Virus record (IMG/VR): IMGVR_UViG_3300027963_000043
Span: 1-64,000 of that record
From: a virus
DNA: 64,000 nt
Strand: one strand, 5' to 3'
Part shown: positions 1 through 8,029 of the stretch, one piece after another
Layout: every line of letters starts with the position of its first letter
How positions within the stretch are numbered: the first letter of the stretch is position 1
The notes under the pieces: generated by a model
Told to the model about the DNA's origin: nothing
Databases searched by the model: none
What the model saw: only the letters and a program-made list of their open reading frames with translations
Position numbers and translations under genes: made by a program

Positions 1-61
1 TTCGCATATTTTCACGCATTTGTTTTCGTTGAAAATTCCAGTTTATCATTCTATGAGTCAT
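1..61 (-). CDS. Partial small hypothetical protein (runs off the left edge)
   Basis: ATG at 61, open reading MTHRMINWNFQRKQMRENMR to the window edge. It lies downstream of a sigma70-like promoter and an A-rich leader. Not in the ORF track. Confidence 0.4.
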   Translation of the reverse strand, partial: MTHRMINWNFQRKQMRENMR

Positions 62-110
62 TTTATTTTTTTCTTTCTTTGTTATTTGTTATCTTTTATC
101 TTATGTATAT

Positions 111-138
111 AGTTTACCACAATTCGTCCAAAAGTCAA
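111..138 (-). promoter_or_regulatory. Sigma70-like promoter (early type)
   Basis: Minus strand reads TTGACT-N16-TAAACT, with TG one base upstream of the -10 (extended -10). The -35 overlaps the TGA stop of 135..323. Confidence 0.6.
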
Positions 139-323
139 ATTATTTCTTCAATTTGTTTTTCGTTGATTATCATAGAGTTATGATGAGCAACTTCAACTTT
201 TTGCTGATATTTTGAGAAACTTTCGTCTAGTCTCTTTTGAGATTCTTCAACGGCTTTTTTGAGGTCAGCCGAAGCTTTGTCTAAATTTCCGAGGAGGATT
301 TCTAATTTTGTTTTTCTTTTCAT
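135..323 (-). CDS. Small helical hypothetical protein, paralog of 1527..1676
   Basis: 62 aa. Shares K.E.L..NL.KAS.DLK.A......LD and KVE..H...M with 1527..1676. ATG is 6 nt after a -10 box. Confidence 0.75.
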   Translation of the reverse strand: MKRKTKLEILLGNLDKASADLKKAVEESQKRLDESFSKYQQKVEVAHHNSMIINEKQIEEII

Positions 324-329
324 ACCTAT

Positions 330-357
330 AATCTATCACATTTTGGAAATTTTGCAA
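330..357 (-). promoter_or_regulatory. Sigma70-like promoter, leaderless layout
   Basis: Minus strand reads TTGCAA-N16-TAGATT (TG-A-TAGATT extended -10), then 6 nt to the ATG at 323. Confidence 0.65.
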
Positions 358-369
358 GATATTTTTTCA

Positions 370-609
370 TTTAAATCTCGTTCACCATCAACGAGTTACA
401 GCTGCAGGGAGGTCGATTTTGTAAATCGTTAATGGTTAAGGGTTTAGATTTTATGCGGTCGTTCAGGTTTTGTCGTAAGATCAGGCCTGATCTTTTGCGT
501 TCATTCAGGTTTTGTCAGAAGATCGAGAATCTTTGCAAGTATCTGATTATAAAGGACTTACATAAGGTGCGTCCCTGCGCTCGTAAGTCGTTGGTATTCA
601 GCTACTTAC
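370..609. repeat. Cluster of four ~27-bp dyad motifs (consensus GTAAGTCGTTG-N5-CAACGACTTAC)
   Basis: Copies at 373-399, 421-447, 535-561 and 583-609; a fifth at 1727-1753. Best copy is GTAAGTCGTTG GTATT CAGCTACTTAC (583-609). Confidence 0.7.
462..524. repeat. Two 21-bp direct repeats with a perfect 18-bp palindrome between and overlapping them
   Basis: TTCAGGTTTTGTCnnAAGATC at 462-482 and 504-524 (42-bp offset). AAGATCAGGCCTGATCTT at 477-494. Confidence 0.85.
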
Positions 610-983
610 AACTTGTAGAACTTGTGATTGCGTATTGTAGCCACTAGCCTTGCATCCCTAGCCCACTTAGGAGCGACGCTGATAGCGTGGTAATGGTTTG
701 CACCCCTTACGATGTCTGGCATCTGTTTATGGATGACTAGGTCAGCAAGGTATAGAGCATTCTTACCTTGTGCTGTTGCTAGTAGCTTCTTCTTGGTAGC
801 TTCACTCACTCCACTATTCCAGAAGCTGAATTGTTTAGGTGATAGGCACACTTGGCTAGGCGTTTGCTTACGCTCTATGGTGCGTGTTTGTATAACACTA
901 GCAACGCCAGCCATACCCTCAAAGGTTTCACCCCTAGCTTCGCCAAGGATTGTTAATGCTACGATGAATAGTTCTGCTGTCAT
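606..983 (-). CDS. Cell wall hydrolase, SleB/Hydrolase_2 family
   Basis: Motifs LTILGEARGE, VASVIQTR, PKQFSFWN, GANHYHA, PKWA, IRNHKFY. Start re-called to ATG 983 (MTAELF), 4 nt after the upstream stop. The longer track ORF overlaps 988..1407. Confidence 0.85.
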   Translation of the reverse strand: MTAELFIVALTILGEARGETFEGMAGVASVIQTRTIERKQTPSQVCLSPKQFSFWNSGVSEATKKKLLATAQGKNALYLADLVIHKQMPDIVRGANHYHAISVAPKWARDARLVATIRNHKFYKL

Positions 984-987
984 ACTA

Positions 988-1407
988 TTAGTCCCTTCCG
1001 TTGCTGACTGCACCGCAGTAGTCACTGGGTTTCTCTGCACTGATAGTTCCAAGGCTGTATCCCTCGGAGCTACTTGCACCCCATAGGAAACAAGTCTGAC
1101 CCATAGCATCCACGATGCTCTGTGCCTTGGCCTTGGCAAGGTCAAGCAGTCCACCCTTGCGTCCCTTAGCGTTAATCTTATTGACCAAGCTATACAACGC
1201 AACCTTAGTAAGAGCGTGCATCACATCATCTGGATGAGCGTAGAAGTAAAACGCTTTGCCGTTGCCCATATCGTGCAACTTGCCGTTGGTTCCTTCCCAA
1301 TTGTAGATTGAATTGAAGAAGTGATTGATTTGTTTGATGCTTCCTTCGAGAAGGTAAGCATTGTTTTCGCCGAAGGTTTGGTAACTGATTTTGAGGTTTT
1401 GTTTCAT
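988..1407 (-). CDS. Hypothetical protein
   Basis: Start re-called to ATG 1407 (MKQNLK), downstream of a GAAAGG SD-like sequence. Tightly packed with its neighbours. Confidence 0.7.
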   Translation of the reverse strand: MKQNLKISYQTFGENNAYLLEGSIKQINHFFNSIYNWEGTNGKLHDMGNGKAFYFYAHPDDVMHALTKVALYSLVNKINAKGRKGGLLDLAKAKAQSIVDAMGQTCFLWGASSSEGYSLGTISAEKPSDYCGAVSNGRD

Positions 1408-1446
1408 AGGTTGTATATTGCCTTTCTGTTTATGTTTCGTCAACTA

Positions 1447-1530
1447 TTATTTTTTAGCTGTTGTCATACCATAGATGCCGATGACGATGCTTCCAATGGT
1501 AAGGGTGAAGATTAGGGTATCGATATTCAT
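1447..1530 (-). CDS. 27-aa single-TM microprotein
   Basis: MNIDTLIFTLTIGSIVIGIYGMTTAKK. ATGA start/stop overlap with 1527..1676. Not in the ORF track. Confidence 0.55.
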   Translation of the reverse strand: MNIDTLIFTLTIGSIVIGIYGMTTAKK

Positions 1531-1676
1531 TTAGTCATCGCTTCCTGATGGATAGCTTCCACCTTTTCAGCGTGAGCGTCAAGGGTTGCGATGGCCTTTG
1601 TGGAGGCATCCTTTAGGTCTTGGCTAGCCTTGTTGAGGTTTGCGATGAGTTGTTCATATTTGCTTAATTTCTTCAT
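1527..1676 (-). CDS. 49-aa helical hypothetical protein, paralog of 135..323
   Basis: MKKLSKYEQLIANLNKASQDLKDASTKAIATLDAHAEKVEAIHQEAMTK. ATG is 6 nt after a TAGATT -10. Not in the ORF track. Confidence 0.7.
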   Translation of the reverse strand: MKKLSKYEQLIANLNKASQDLKDASTKAIATLDAHAEKVEAIHQEAMTK

Positions 1677-1682
1677 ATAGGT

Positions 1683-1753
1683 AATCTATCATAGAATAGA
1701 AAAAGCACAAGAGATTTTTATCATTTAAATTTCATTGATAATCAACAACTTAC
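1683..1753 (-). promoter_or_regulatory. Sigma70-like leaderless promoter with upstream dyad site
   Basis: TTGTGC-N16-TAGATT (1710-1683). Upstream ATTTAAATGA and the dyad arm CAACAACTTAC lie at essentially the same spacing as for the promoter at 330-399. Confidence 0.65.
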
Positions 1754-1760
1754 ATATGGC

Positions 1761-1962
1761 TATATACCCCCTACCCTATTTATTTCTCTAAAGGGTACGC
1801 CATTTTTGAAAAAGTTGGTTCATCCTCGTTTCGAATTCACTCGTGGGGGTACTATCTTCAATCTCCACACTATTTATAACTATTACTTATTTACCCTTTA
1901 TTTAAATACAATAAAATAACTATATATTATCTTATGTTATCTCTTGTATATACCCTACCCCT
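1761..1962. other. Non-coding junction with TATATACCC(CC)TACCC direct repeats and GGGTAC motifs
   Basis: No ORF. Repeat copies at 1761-1777 and 1947-1962; GGGTAC at 1793 and 1847. It marks the shift from GC-richer to AT-rich sequence. Confidence 0.5.
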
Positions 1963-2061
1963 TTTCTTGAAATCTATTAAAAATCAATAGAAATGAATAT
2001 CTTAAGAGGTCAAAATTTCCGCTGGGCTATTTTTGTTATAAAGTGTTTTTAGATATAGCTA

Positions 2062-2733
2062 TTATGGACAAACCTTAGTAGCTGTATAAGGAGATGGCCA
2101 CTCAGCTTGCCAAGGAAAAGGTGCAACTGTTAGAGATGTTACAAATGGACTTCCATCATAAGCGAAACTCCAAGGGGTAAGAGTATCTGCTCTAAATACA
2201 GTTTCTTGTCCATAATAGTAAAGATTTTCATTAACACGAGTTAAAGTACGAGGACCATAAGGTTCCCAACCTTCCATAAGAACTTGAGCAGTTGAATTAT
2301 AACAAGTAAGGGCAGGATTTACAGTTATACTATATTGTGTTCCATTTGGACTAAAGGGTGGATGACCACCACCGAAATCTCCTAATGAATACTCTAAATA
2401 CCAAATTGGTTTATAAGGAGGAGCATTTTCAGTATTAGTACCTGGAAAATCTAATATTATTTCTAAAACTGGAAGAGCAGGATTTGTTGGAGTAAGTGTC
2501 CACAATCTTTTTCCAGCACCAAGACTTATCACATAATTCATAATAGCATCTACAGAAGGTTCTTGAACAAATGCCACAGCATTACCATAAGTACCATAAT
2601 CAAAATGTCCATAATCTATAGAGTAATTACTTGCTTCTTGAAAAATAATAGATCTTAATGTTAGTCCTTGAAAGAATATACTCTTACCTTGTACAGTTCT
2701 TCCTACTAATGTATGTTTTTTACCAGATGCCAT
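2062..2733 (-). CDS. Hypothetical, possibly virion-associated protein
   Basis: Start re-called to ATG 2733, 9 nt after a GTGTAA motif. N-terminal K..TLVGRT is shared with the fibre at 37930. Confidence 0.7.
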   Translation of the reverse strand: MASGKKHTLVGRTVQGKSIFFQGLTLRSIIFQEASNYSIDYGHFDYGTYGNAVAFVQEPSVDAIMNYVISLGAGKRLWTLTPTNPALPVLEIILDFPGTNTENAPPYKPIWYLEYSLGDFGGGHPPFSPNGTQYSITVNPALTCYNSTAQVLMEGWEPYGPRTLTRVNENLYYYGQETVFRADTLTPWSFAYDGSPFVTSLTVAPFPWQAEWPSPYTATKVCP

Positions 2734-2829
2734 ATTCAAAGATTACACAAATTAATTGATAAAAAAATAAATAGCGCAAAATTACCAGCGCCCAAGGCTT
2801 ATATTTGCTGTTGCCAGCAAAAATAAAAT

Positions 2830-3639
2830 TTAAGTGTTTTTATTTTTAGACCACTCTTTTATTCTTTTATCTGCTTCTTTTTGAGCGTCCTTAAACCAAG
2901 CTTTAGCTTTATCGAAGTGATGAAAAGAATACATTTTAGCAGAGGTATAACTTCTAAAATGATCAATATTCTCATCACATGTTCTTATATAGTTTTCTTC
3001 TTTACCAATTAAATGTGGTTTAATATTGTGTTCTCTTAATATATAATTACCTAAAATTTCTGTATCTGGCCAATTTGGAGATATTAAATTTGGAGAATGA
3101 TTATATATCTTAAATTTATTACAAAGCTTTCTTAAGCTCCATGCAAAATCAATATTATCCATAATTCTCATATCATAAATACTAGCTGTATGACTAAGCA
3201 TTCCTACCCAATCTTTATGAGCTCTTGGGGTAATTTCATATCCTACAGCTGGAGATTTTGTTTTACATAAATCTAATATATATTCAAGGAAATCTCTTCT
3301 CCTTAAGTAAACATCAGCATGAGTAGCAAATAAATATCTAGATCTAGATAAACTAAAAGCTAAATCCATTGCCATAGCAGGATAATCAGATGGATGCATT
3401 ACTCCATTTAAAACAAGAGAATGAACTTCAACGCTTTCACTTCTTAATTTTATTGCTTCTTTTAAAATTTCTTTTTTACTGCCCGTGTCAATAACCATTA
3501 TATAGGGTTTAATAGTTTGTAATTGCAATAATTTTATACAAGTTGGTAATGTTTCAAGAGTATCTCTAAAAGGTATTACTGCAACAATTTCATAATCCCA
3601 AGGTTTTTTAACACATGTTCCTTCATATACTTTAGCCAT
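2830..3639 (-). CDS. Glycosyltransferase family 2 (GT-A fold)
   Basis: VAVIPFRD...IMVIDTGS N-terminal GT2 signature; FATHADVY DxD-like motif. Confidence 0.75.
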   Translation of the reverse strand: MAKVYEGTCVKKPWDYEIVAVIPFRDTLETLPTCIKLLQLQTIKPYIMVIDTGSKKEILKEAIKLRSESVEVHSLVLNGVMHPSDYPAMAMDLAFSLSRSRYLFATHADVYLRRRDFLEYILDLCKTKSPAVGYEITPRAHKDWVGMLSHTASIYDMRIMDNIDFAWSLRKLCNKFKIYNHSPNLISPNWPDTEILGNYILREHNIKPHLIGKEENYIRTCDENIDHFRSYTSAKMYSFHHFDKAKAWFKDAQKEADKRIKEWSKNKNT

Positions 3640-3646
3640 ATATATG

Positions 3647-3674
3647 ATTATAATATAAAATCTTAAAAAATCAA
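3647..3674 (-). promoter_or_regulatory. Sigma70-like leaderless promoter for the GT2 gene
   Basis: TTGATT-N16-TATAAT, then 7 nt to ATG 3639. Back-to-back with the plus-strand GTGTAA at 3675. Confidence 0.6.
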
Positions 3675-3689
3675 GTGTAAATTTTAAAA

Positions 3690-4166
3690 ATGATCATACA
3701 AAATAAACAATTATTAGTACCATTTTATAATAACAATAATATAATACCAAAAAACTTCGTTATCTCTGATACTAATTATTTTTGCCCAACAATTGAAATG
3801 GTAACAAATGAACTATTTCCTAAATATTGGACATGGCTTCAATCATTAAAATTAACAAAATGGGTACATAAATGGGATTGTGATAATTTTGCAGATGCTT
3901 TTAAACTATTTTGTTGTGGATATTATGATCAAAATATTGAAAGTGATGCAAATGGTATAGCAATAGGAGTTATTAATTATAGGGCTAATAGCAAAGCAGA
4001 AAACGGACTACAAGGTGGGCATGCTATTAATATAGTTTATATAGATGATGGTAAAAATGATGATGGATCAGATAATTTTAGACCAATATTTATAGAACCT
4101 CAAAATGGAAAAATTTACAATCTAAGTCAAGAAGAATTCAATAGCATTTGGACAGTTTATATATAA
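3690..4166 (+). CDS. Papain/transglutaminase-like fold protein (lectin MOA C-terminal-like)
   Basis: WDCDNFA, GGHAINIV and FIEPQ form a putative Cys-His-acid triad. Confidence 0.55.
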   Translation: MIIQNKQLLVPFYNNNNIIPKNFVISDTNYFCPTIEMVTNELFPKYWTWLQSLKLTKWVHKWDCDNFADAFKLFCCGYYDQNIESDANGIAIGVINYRANSKAENGLQGGHAINIVYIDDGKNDDGSDNFRPIFIEPQNGKIYNLSQEEFNSIWTVYI

Positions 4167-4185
4167 TATAGTGTAATTTTCAGCG

Positions 4186-4830
4186 ATGGCTTATCTTAAC
4201 GCAAACATTCCTCCCATCGAATGTTATGTTCGAGGAAACTATTTGAGAAATCAAGAGGATAGTTTTGATAAATATTATCCTTGTCTTATATTTGGTGTCA
4301 CAAGCCTTCCTAGTCAAGTTCCTCTTTTTAATTTCATTATGGAAGATGGTGGAATTTGGTGGCATGCTCCCGTTAGCGCATTTTGTAGTAAACCAAATAT
4401 TGAAGCAATAGATTTACATGAATTAGAATTATGGGATAGTTTTAGTTATCATATAGCAGTAACTAAGTTTTCAGTACTTCAAAATAAAAAAATGAAATAC
4501 ACTGGCCGATCTGGAAAAGAATATATGGGTCGTTACCTTTTTACATTAGATTGGGCTCACAGTGACTATAACGAACTTAATTTTGGAGTTAGTGAACATC
4601 CAGATCAACACAAAGCTGGTCATTTAATACAATTAGATAATGGAAATTTTGCTATTCAACCAAACAACAGAATAAAAGTTTTCGATCCAAGCTTCGCAAC
4701 AAAACCAAACGAAGTATTGTTGCATAGAAAAGTAAATAGTCATATCTACACTGTAGAAAACAGCCCAAAATGGGTTGCAGAAGATAGTGATAGTTATGAA
4801 TATAAAATAGAGGAAATAAAAAGTGAATAA
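4186..4830 (+). CDS. Conserved phage hypothetical protein
   Basis: 214-aa ORF 9 nt after GTGTAA; MAYLNANIPP...HKAGH...FAIQPNNR. Confidence 0.75.
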   Translation: MAYLNANIPPIECYVRGNYLRNQEDSFDKYYPCLIFGVTSLPSQVPLFNFIMEDGGIWWHAPVSAFCSKPNIEAIDLHELELWDSFSYHIAVTKFSVLQNKKMKYTGRSGKEYMGRYLFTLDWAHSDYNELNFGVSEHPDQHKAGHLIQLDNGNFAIQPNNRIKVFDPSFATKPNEVLLHRKVNSHIYTVENSPKWVAEDSDSYEYKIEEIKSE

Positions 4831-5104
4831 AACAATAAACATAACAGAAAGAAACATTTTTGAAGGAGAAAAAGCTAATCCTCAAAATTGTGCAATTGCC
4901 AGAGCAATCAAAAAAAATATGAAAGGAAAAATTATTAGCATATCAGTGCTTCCTTCTCATGTTAATATGAAAATAAAAAATAAAGAATATACTGCAGTCA
5001 TGCCAAAAGCTGGAGCAGAATTTATTAAAAGATTTGACGAAGGCCAAGCTGTTAATTCATTTTCTTTAGATTTAAAATTTAAAGAAAGTTATTCTTTAAT
5101 TTAA
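4823..5104 (+). CDS. Hypothetical protein
   Basis: 93-aa ORF overlapping the previous stop; NCAIARAIK motif. Confidence 0.65.
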   Translation: MNKTINITERNIFEGEKANPQNCAIARAIKKNMKGKIISISVLPSHVNMKIKNKEYTAVMPKAGAEFIKRFDEGQAVNSFSLDLKFKESYSLI

Positions 5105-5174
5105 TAAAATTTAATTTTATTTAAATTAATTATAAAATAACACAATAGGGGTGTAATTATTTACAGTAAGTAAG

Positions 5175-5903
5175 ATGTCTAAAAAAAATAAACAAAAAGA
5201 AGACAAGTCAACTCCAGTTCCTCAAAGAGATAAAATTGAAGGTTTTTTGAATATTCGCGAATTACAATGGACAGAGAATCAAAAGAAATTTATTCAATTA
5301 CTTCAAGATAAAAATACTAAAATGGTATTTTGTAAAGGCCCAGCGGGAACAGCTAAAAGTTTACTTAGTGTATATGCAGCTTTACATGCAATCAATAGTA
5401 AAAAAATTGGTGAGATATTTTATATTCGTAATCCAGTAGAAAGTTCTTCTCATAATCTAGGATTCCTTAAAGGAGATCTTCATAGTAAACTTGATCCTTA
5501 TCTTCAACCATTGATGGATAAACTTAATGAGTTGTTACCTAAAGGACAAGTTGAAATGTTACTAAAACAAGAAAGAGTTAAAGGTTTACCAGTTGGATTT
5601 CTTCGTGGCCTTAGCATAAACGCTAGTTATATTATATGCGACGAAGCTCAAAATTTAAGTATACATGATTTATTATTAATTACTACCAGAATGGGTAAAT
5701 TTAGTAAATTAATATTAATAGGAGACATTAGACAAGCAGATATTAAAAATAGTGGATTTGATAAAATTTATAATCTTTTTGATGATAAAAAAAGTAAAGA
5801 TAAAGGCATTTGTACTTTTAAATTTGGAAAAGAAGATATTATGAGAAATGATATATTGGCTTATATTATTGAAAAATTTGAAGAATTAGATAATAAAAAA
5901 TAA
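5175..5903 (+). CDS. phoH: PhoH-family ATPase
   Basis: Walker A GPAGTAKS; LGFLKGDL..KLDPY, F(L)RG, CDEAQN, TRMG, GDIRQAD, EDIMRN. Confidence 0.92.
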   Translation: MSKKNKQKEDKSTPVPQRDKIEGFLNIRELQWTENQKKFIQLLQDKNTKMVFCKGPAGTAKSLLSVYAALHAINSKKIGEIFYIRNPVESSSHNLGFLKGDLHSKLDPYLQPLMDKLNELLPKGQVEMLLKQERVKGLPVGFLRGLSINASYIICDEAQNLSIHDLLLITTRMGKFSKLILIGDIRQADIKNSGFDKIYNLFDDKKSKDKGICTFKFGKEDIMRNDILAYIIEKFEELDNKK

Positions 5904-5927
5904 AGCATAAGGTGTAATATATATTAT

Positions 5928-6218
5928 ATGTCAAAGTATTTTTTTAGAGATAGCGGATTTGAAGCAGAAGCTCTTTCAGCTAATATTGTTGGAAATGGAG
6001 TTATATTAAATTCCCCAGGATCAGATGTTAGTATATATTTATTAGGAATAAGTTGTCATAAAGATACTATATTGAAACAAGACGACAATAATGGTGAAAT
6101 CTTATTAAATGTCGGTGCAGGTAATTATAATTTACCTGCCACAATAAAGGTAGGAAATAATAGAGCTCTATATGTATCAAGTGCAGGTAGCGTATCTATT
6201 ATATATCATACAAATTAA
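5928..6218 (+). CDS. Hypothetical protein
   Basis: 96-aa beta-rich ORF 10 nt after GTGTAA. Confidence 0.7.
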   Translation: MSKYFFRDSGFEAEALSANIVGNGVILNSPGSDVSIYLLGISCHKDTILKQDDNNGEILLNVGAGNYNLPATIKVGNNRALYVSSAGSVSIIYHTN

Positions 6219-6240
6219 AAATTAAAGTGTAATAATATTT

Positions 6241-6843
6241 ATGCAAAATCAACAAGATCCAAATTTTAATAAAAATGTATCAATGGTATACGTTGAGGAG
6301 ATTGGATTTACTGGATATAGGGGTTTAGATTTTACAAAAATCGATAATATTGAGGATATATTAAGGCAAGGCGTAGTTATTTCTGGATCATTATCAGATA
6401 GTTCTAATATTAATGAAATTAAAATTAATACAGATAGTATTGATAATAAATTATTTATAACTGGCGATCCATATCCAGCAGGAGTGCAAGGAACAATTGT
6501 ATTTCAAGCAGACCTAAATCCTCAATTTGATGGAGTTATGACATATCAAGCTGATACCGCAGGAAATGGAAAAGTAGTATTCAATAATTCGTTTGTATCA
6601 TTACCAAATACAGGATATATTAAAAATGTAACTTTTATTAACGCTTCAAATTCTACGATAGAAATCAAGCAAGATAATACTTTTGATTTTGGAGTACCAA
6701 TCCCAGCGAATACAACTTTAGTATTCAACGGTATTACTGGTCTACAACAACTTTCAGCTAGAAGATTTGATCAAGCCTCACAACCTCCATTAACAGGTTA
6801 TTTTAGATGGGAAGCTTGGCGTAAAAATTCAATTCTAAATTAA
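6241..6843 (+). CDS. Hypothetical protein, possibly structural
   Basis: 200-aa ORF 8 nt after GTGTAA. Confidence 0.7.
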   Translation: MQNQQDPNFNKNVSMVYVEEIGFTGYRGLDFTKIDNIEDILRQGVVISGSLSDSSNINEIKINTDSIDNKLFITGDPYPAGVQGTIVFQADLNPQFDGVMTYQADTAGNGKVVFNNSFVSLPNTGYIKNVTFINASNSTIEIKQDNTFDFGVPIPANTTLVFNGITGLQQLSARRFDQASQPPLTGYFRWEAWRKNSILN

Positions 6844-6850
6844 TTATATA

Positions 6851-8029
6851 ATGAAAAAAGTAGAAATTGACTTTAGTTCTAGTTTAGCTAAAAAAGGTAA
6901 AGCCCCACTTAATAAACCATTTAGACTTCCTTCTGGAAGCAAAAAGAAATTTGGCGTTTATGTAAAGAACGATAAAGGTAATATTGTAAAAGTTACTTTT
7001 GGCGATCCAAACATGTCAATTAAAAGAGACAATCCTGAAAGACGCAAATCTTATAGAGCAAGACACGGTTGCGATAATCCTGGCCCAAAATGGAAAGCTA
7101 ATTATTGGAGTTGTAAAATGTGGAGCGCGAAGCCAGTTAGTAAAATTACTGCAAGTGAAGAAGAAATTACTTTAGAAGCAGAAGTGCAAGGTAAAAATAA
7201 AGGACTTTGGTACAACATTCAACAAAAGAAAAAAAGAATGGGTAAAAATTATCGTCCAGCAAAACCAGGATCTCCTGATCGCCCAACTCCAGAAGCTCTT
7301 AAAAAAGCTCAAGCAGAAGATTATTCTAACGAACAATACGAATGGGATGGGGAAACAGAGTTTGATCAAACTGTATTTTTAGAAGACAAATCTTTAGCTC
7401 AAGTTGAAGAAGTAGAAGATGAATTTGAAGATTATAAAGAAGATTTTTATGGAATGATAGTTGGTTCAATCAATTCTATCTATCAACATTCAAAAAATGT
7501 AGTTGAAAAATTAAATGATCCAATGGTGAAAGAAAATCTTACAGAACCATTCTTACAACAAATGGCTATTCTTGCAGAAGATTATATGATTACTATTCAT
7601 AATTATGTAATGTTCAATAAAGAAAACGAAGAGCCAGAAGATATGGAAGAAAGCGAAGCCTCTACAATGTTTAAAGTTGGAGACAAAGTTCGTAATGTAA
7701 ATGCAAATTGCAAACATTATGGTAGTGAAGGAATCGTTAAAGAAATTCGTGATTTACCAGAAAACATGGGGTACGCAGTTATGTACGAATGCACAAATGA
7801 TGGATCAACTTGGAAAAAAGGTGATATGCTCGGTAAAACAGAAATTCAACTAGTAAAAGCTTCTTATAATAAAAAATATCAAATAGAAGCAGATGAAGAA
7901 TACAAAAAAATGATGACCATTGAAGGTGAAAAAATCAATGAGTTCTTAAAAAAATGTATTCCTACAAAAAAAGGTGATGATAAATCTAAATTTAAATCTT
8001 GCCTTGAAGACTACAAAAAAAATAAGTAA
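6851..8029 (+). CDS. Multi-module phage protein (possible internal head protein)
   Basis: Distinct small modules (KVTFGDPNM...RARHGC...YWSCKMW; GLWYNIQQKK...PTPEALKK; SH3-like FKVGDKV...) separated by acidic linkers. Confidence 0.65.
   Translation: MKKVEIDFSSSLAKKGKAPLNKPFRLPSGSKKKFGVYVKNDKGNIVKVTFGDPNMSIKRDNPERRKSYRARHGCDNPGPKWKANYWSCKMWSAKPVSKITASEEEITLEAEVQGKNKGLWYNIQQKKKRMGKNYRPAKPGSPDRPTPEALKKAQAEDYSNEQYEWDGETEFDQTVFLEDKSLAQVEEVEDEFEDYKEDFYGMIVGSINSIYQHSKNVVEKLNDPMVKENLTEPFLQQMAILAEDYMITIHNYVMFNKENEEPEDMEESEASTMFKVGDKVRNVNANCKHYGSEGIVKEIRDLPENMGYAVMYECTNDGSTWKKGDMLGKTEIQLVKASYNKKYQIEADEEYKKMMTIEGEKINEFLKKCIPTKKGDDKSKFKSCLEDYKKNK

Noticed and set aside
373-609. Dyad motifs as XerCD dif or att sites of an integrated element
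   Set aside because: They do not match the dif consensus (TTATGTTAAA arm) and no integrase or host flank is visible. Retained only as unexplained dyads.
432-647. Plus-strand 71-aa ORF with an internal RSFRFC repeat
   Set aside because: It is the translation of the non-coding direct repeats and dyad motifs. It opposes the orientation of all neighbours and has no start context.
712-1515. Plus-strand ORFs 712..1086 and 1321..1515
   Set aside because: Antisense shadows of well-supported minus-strand genes.
2804-2821. TTTGCTG-TTGC-CAGCAAA hairpin as a terminator for the GT2 gene
   Set aside because: No U-tract follows the stem in the minus-strand transcript direction. Function is unclear.
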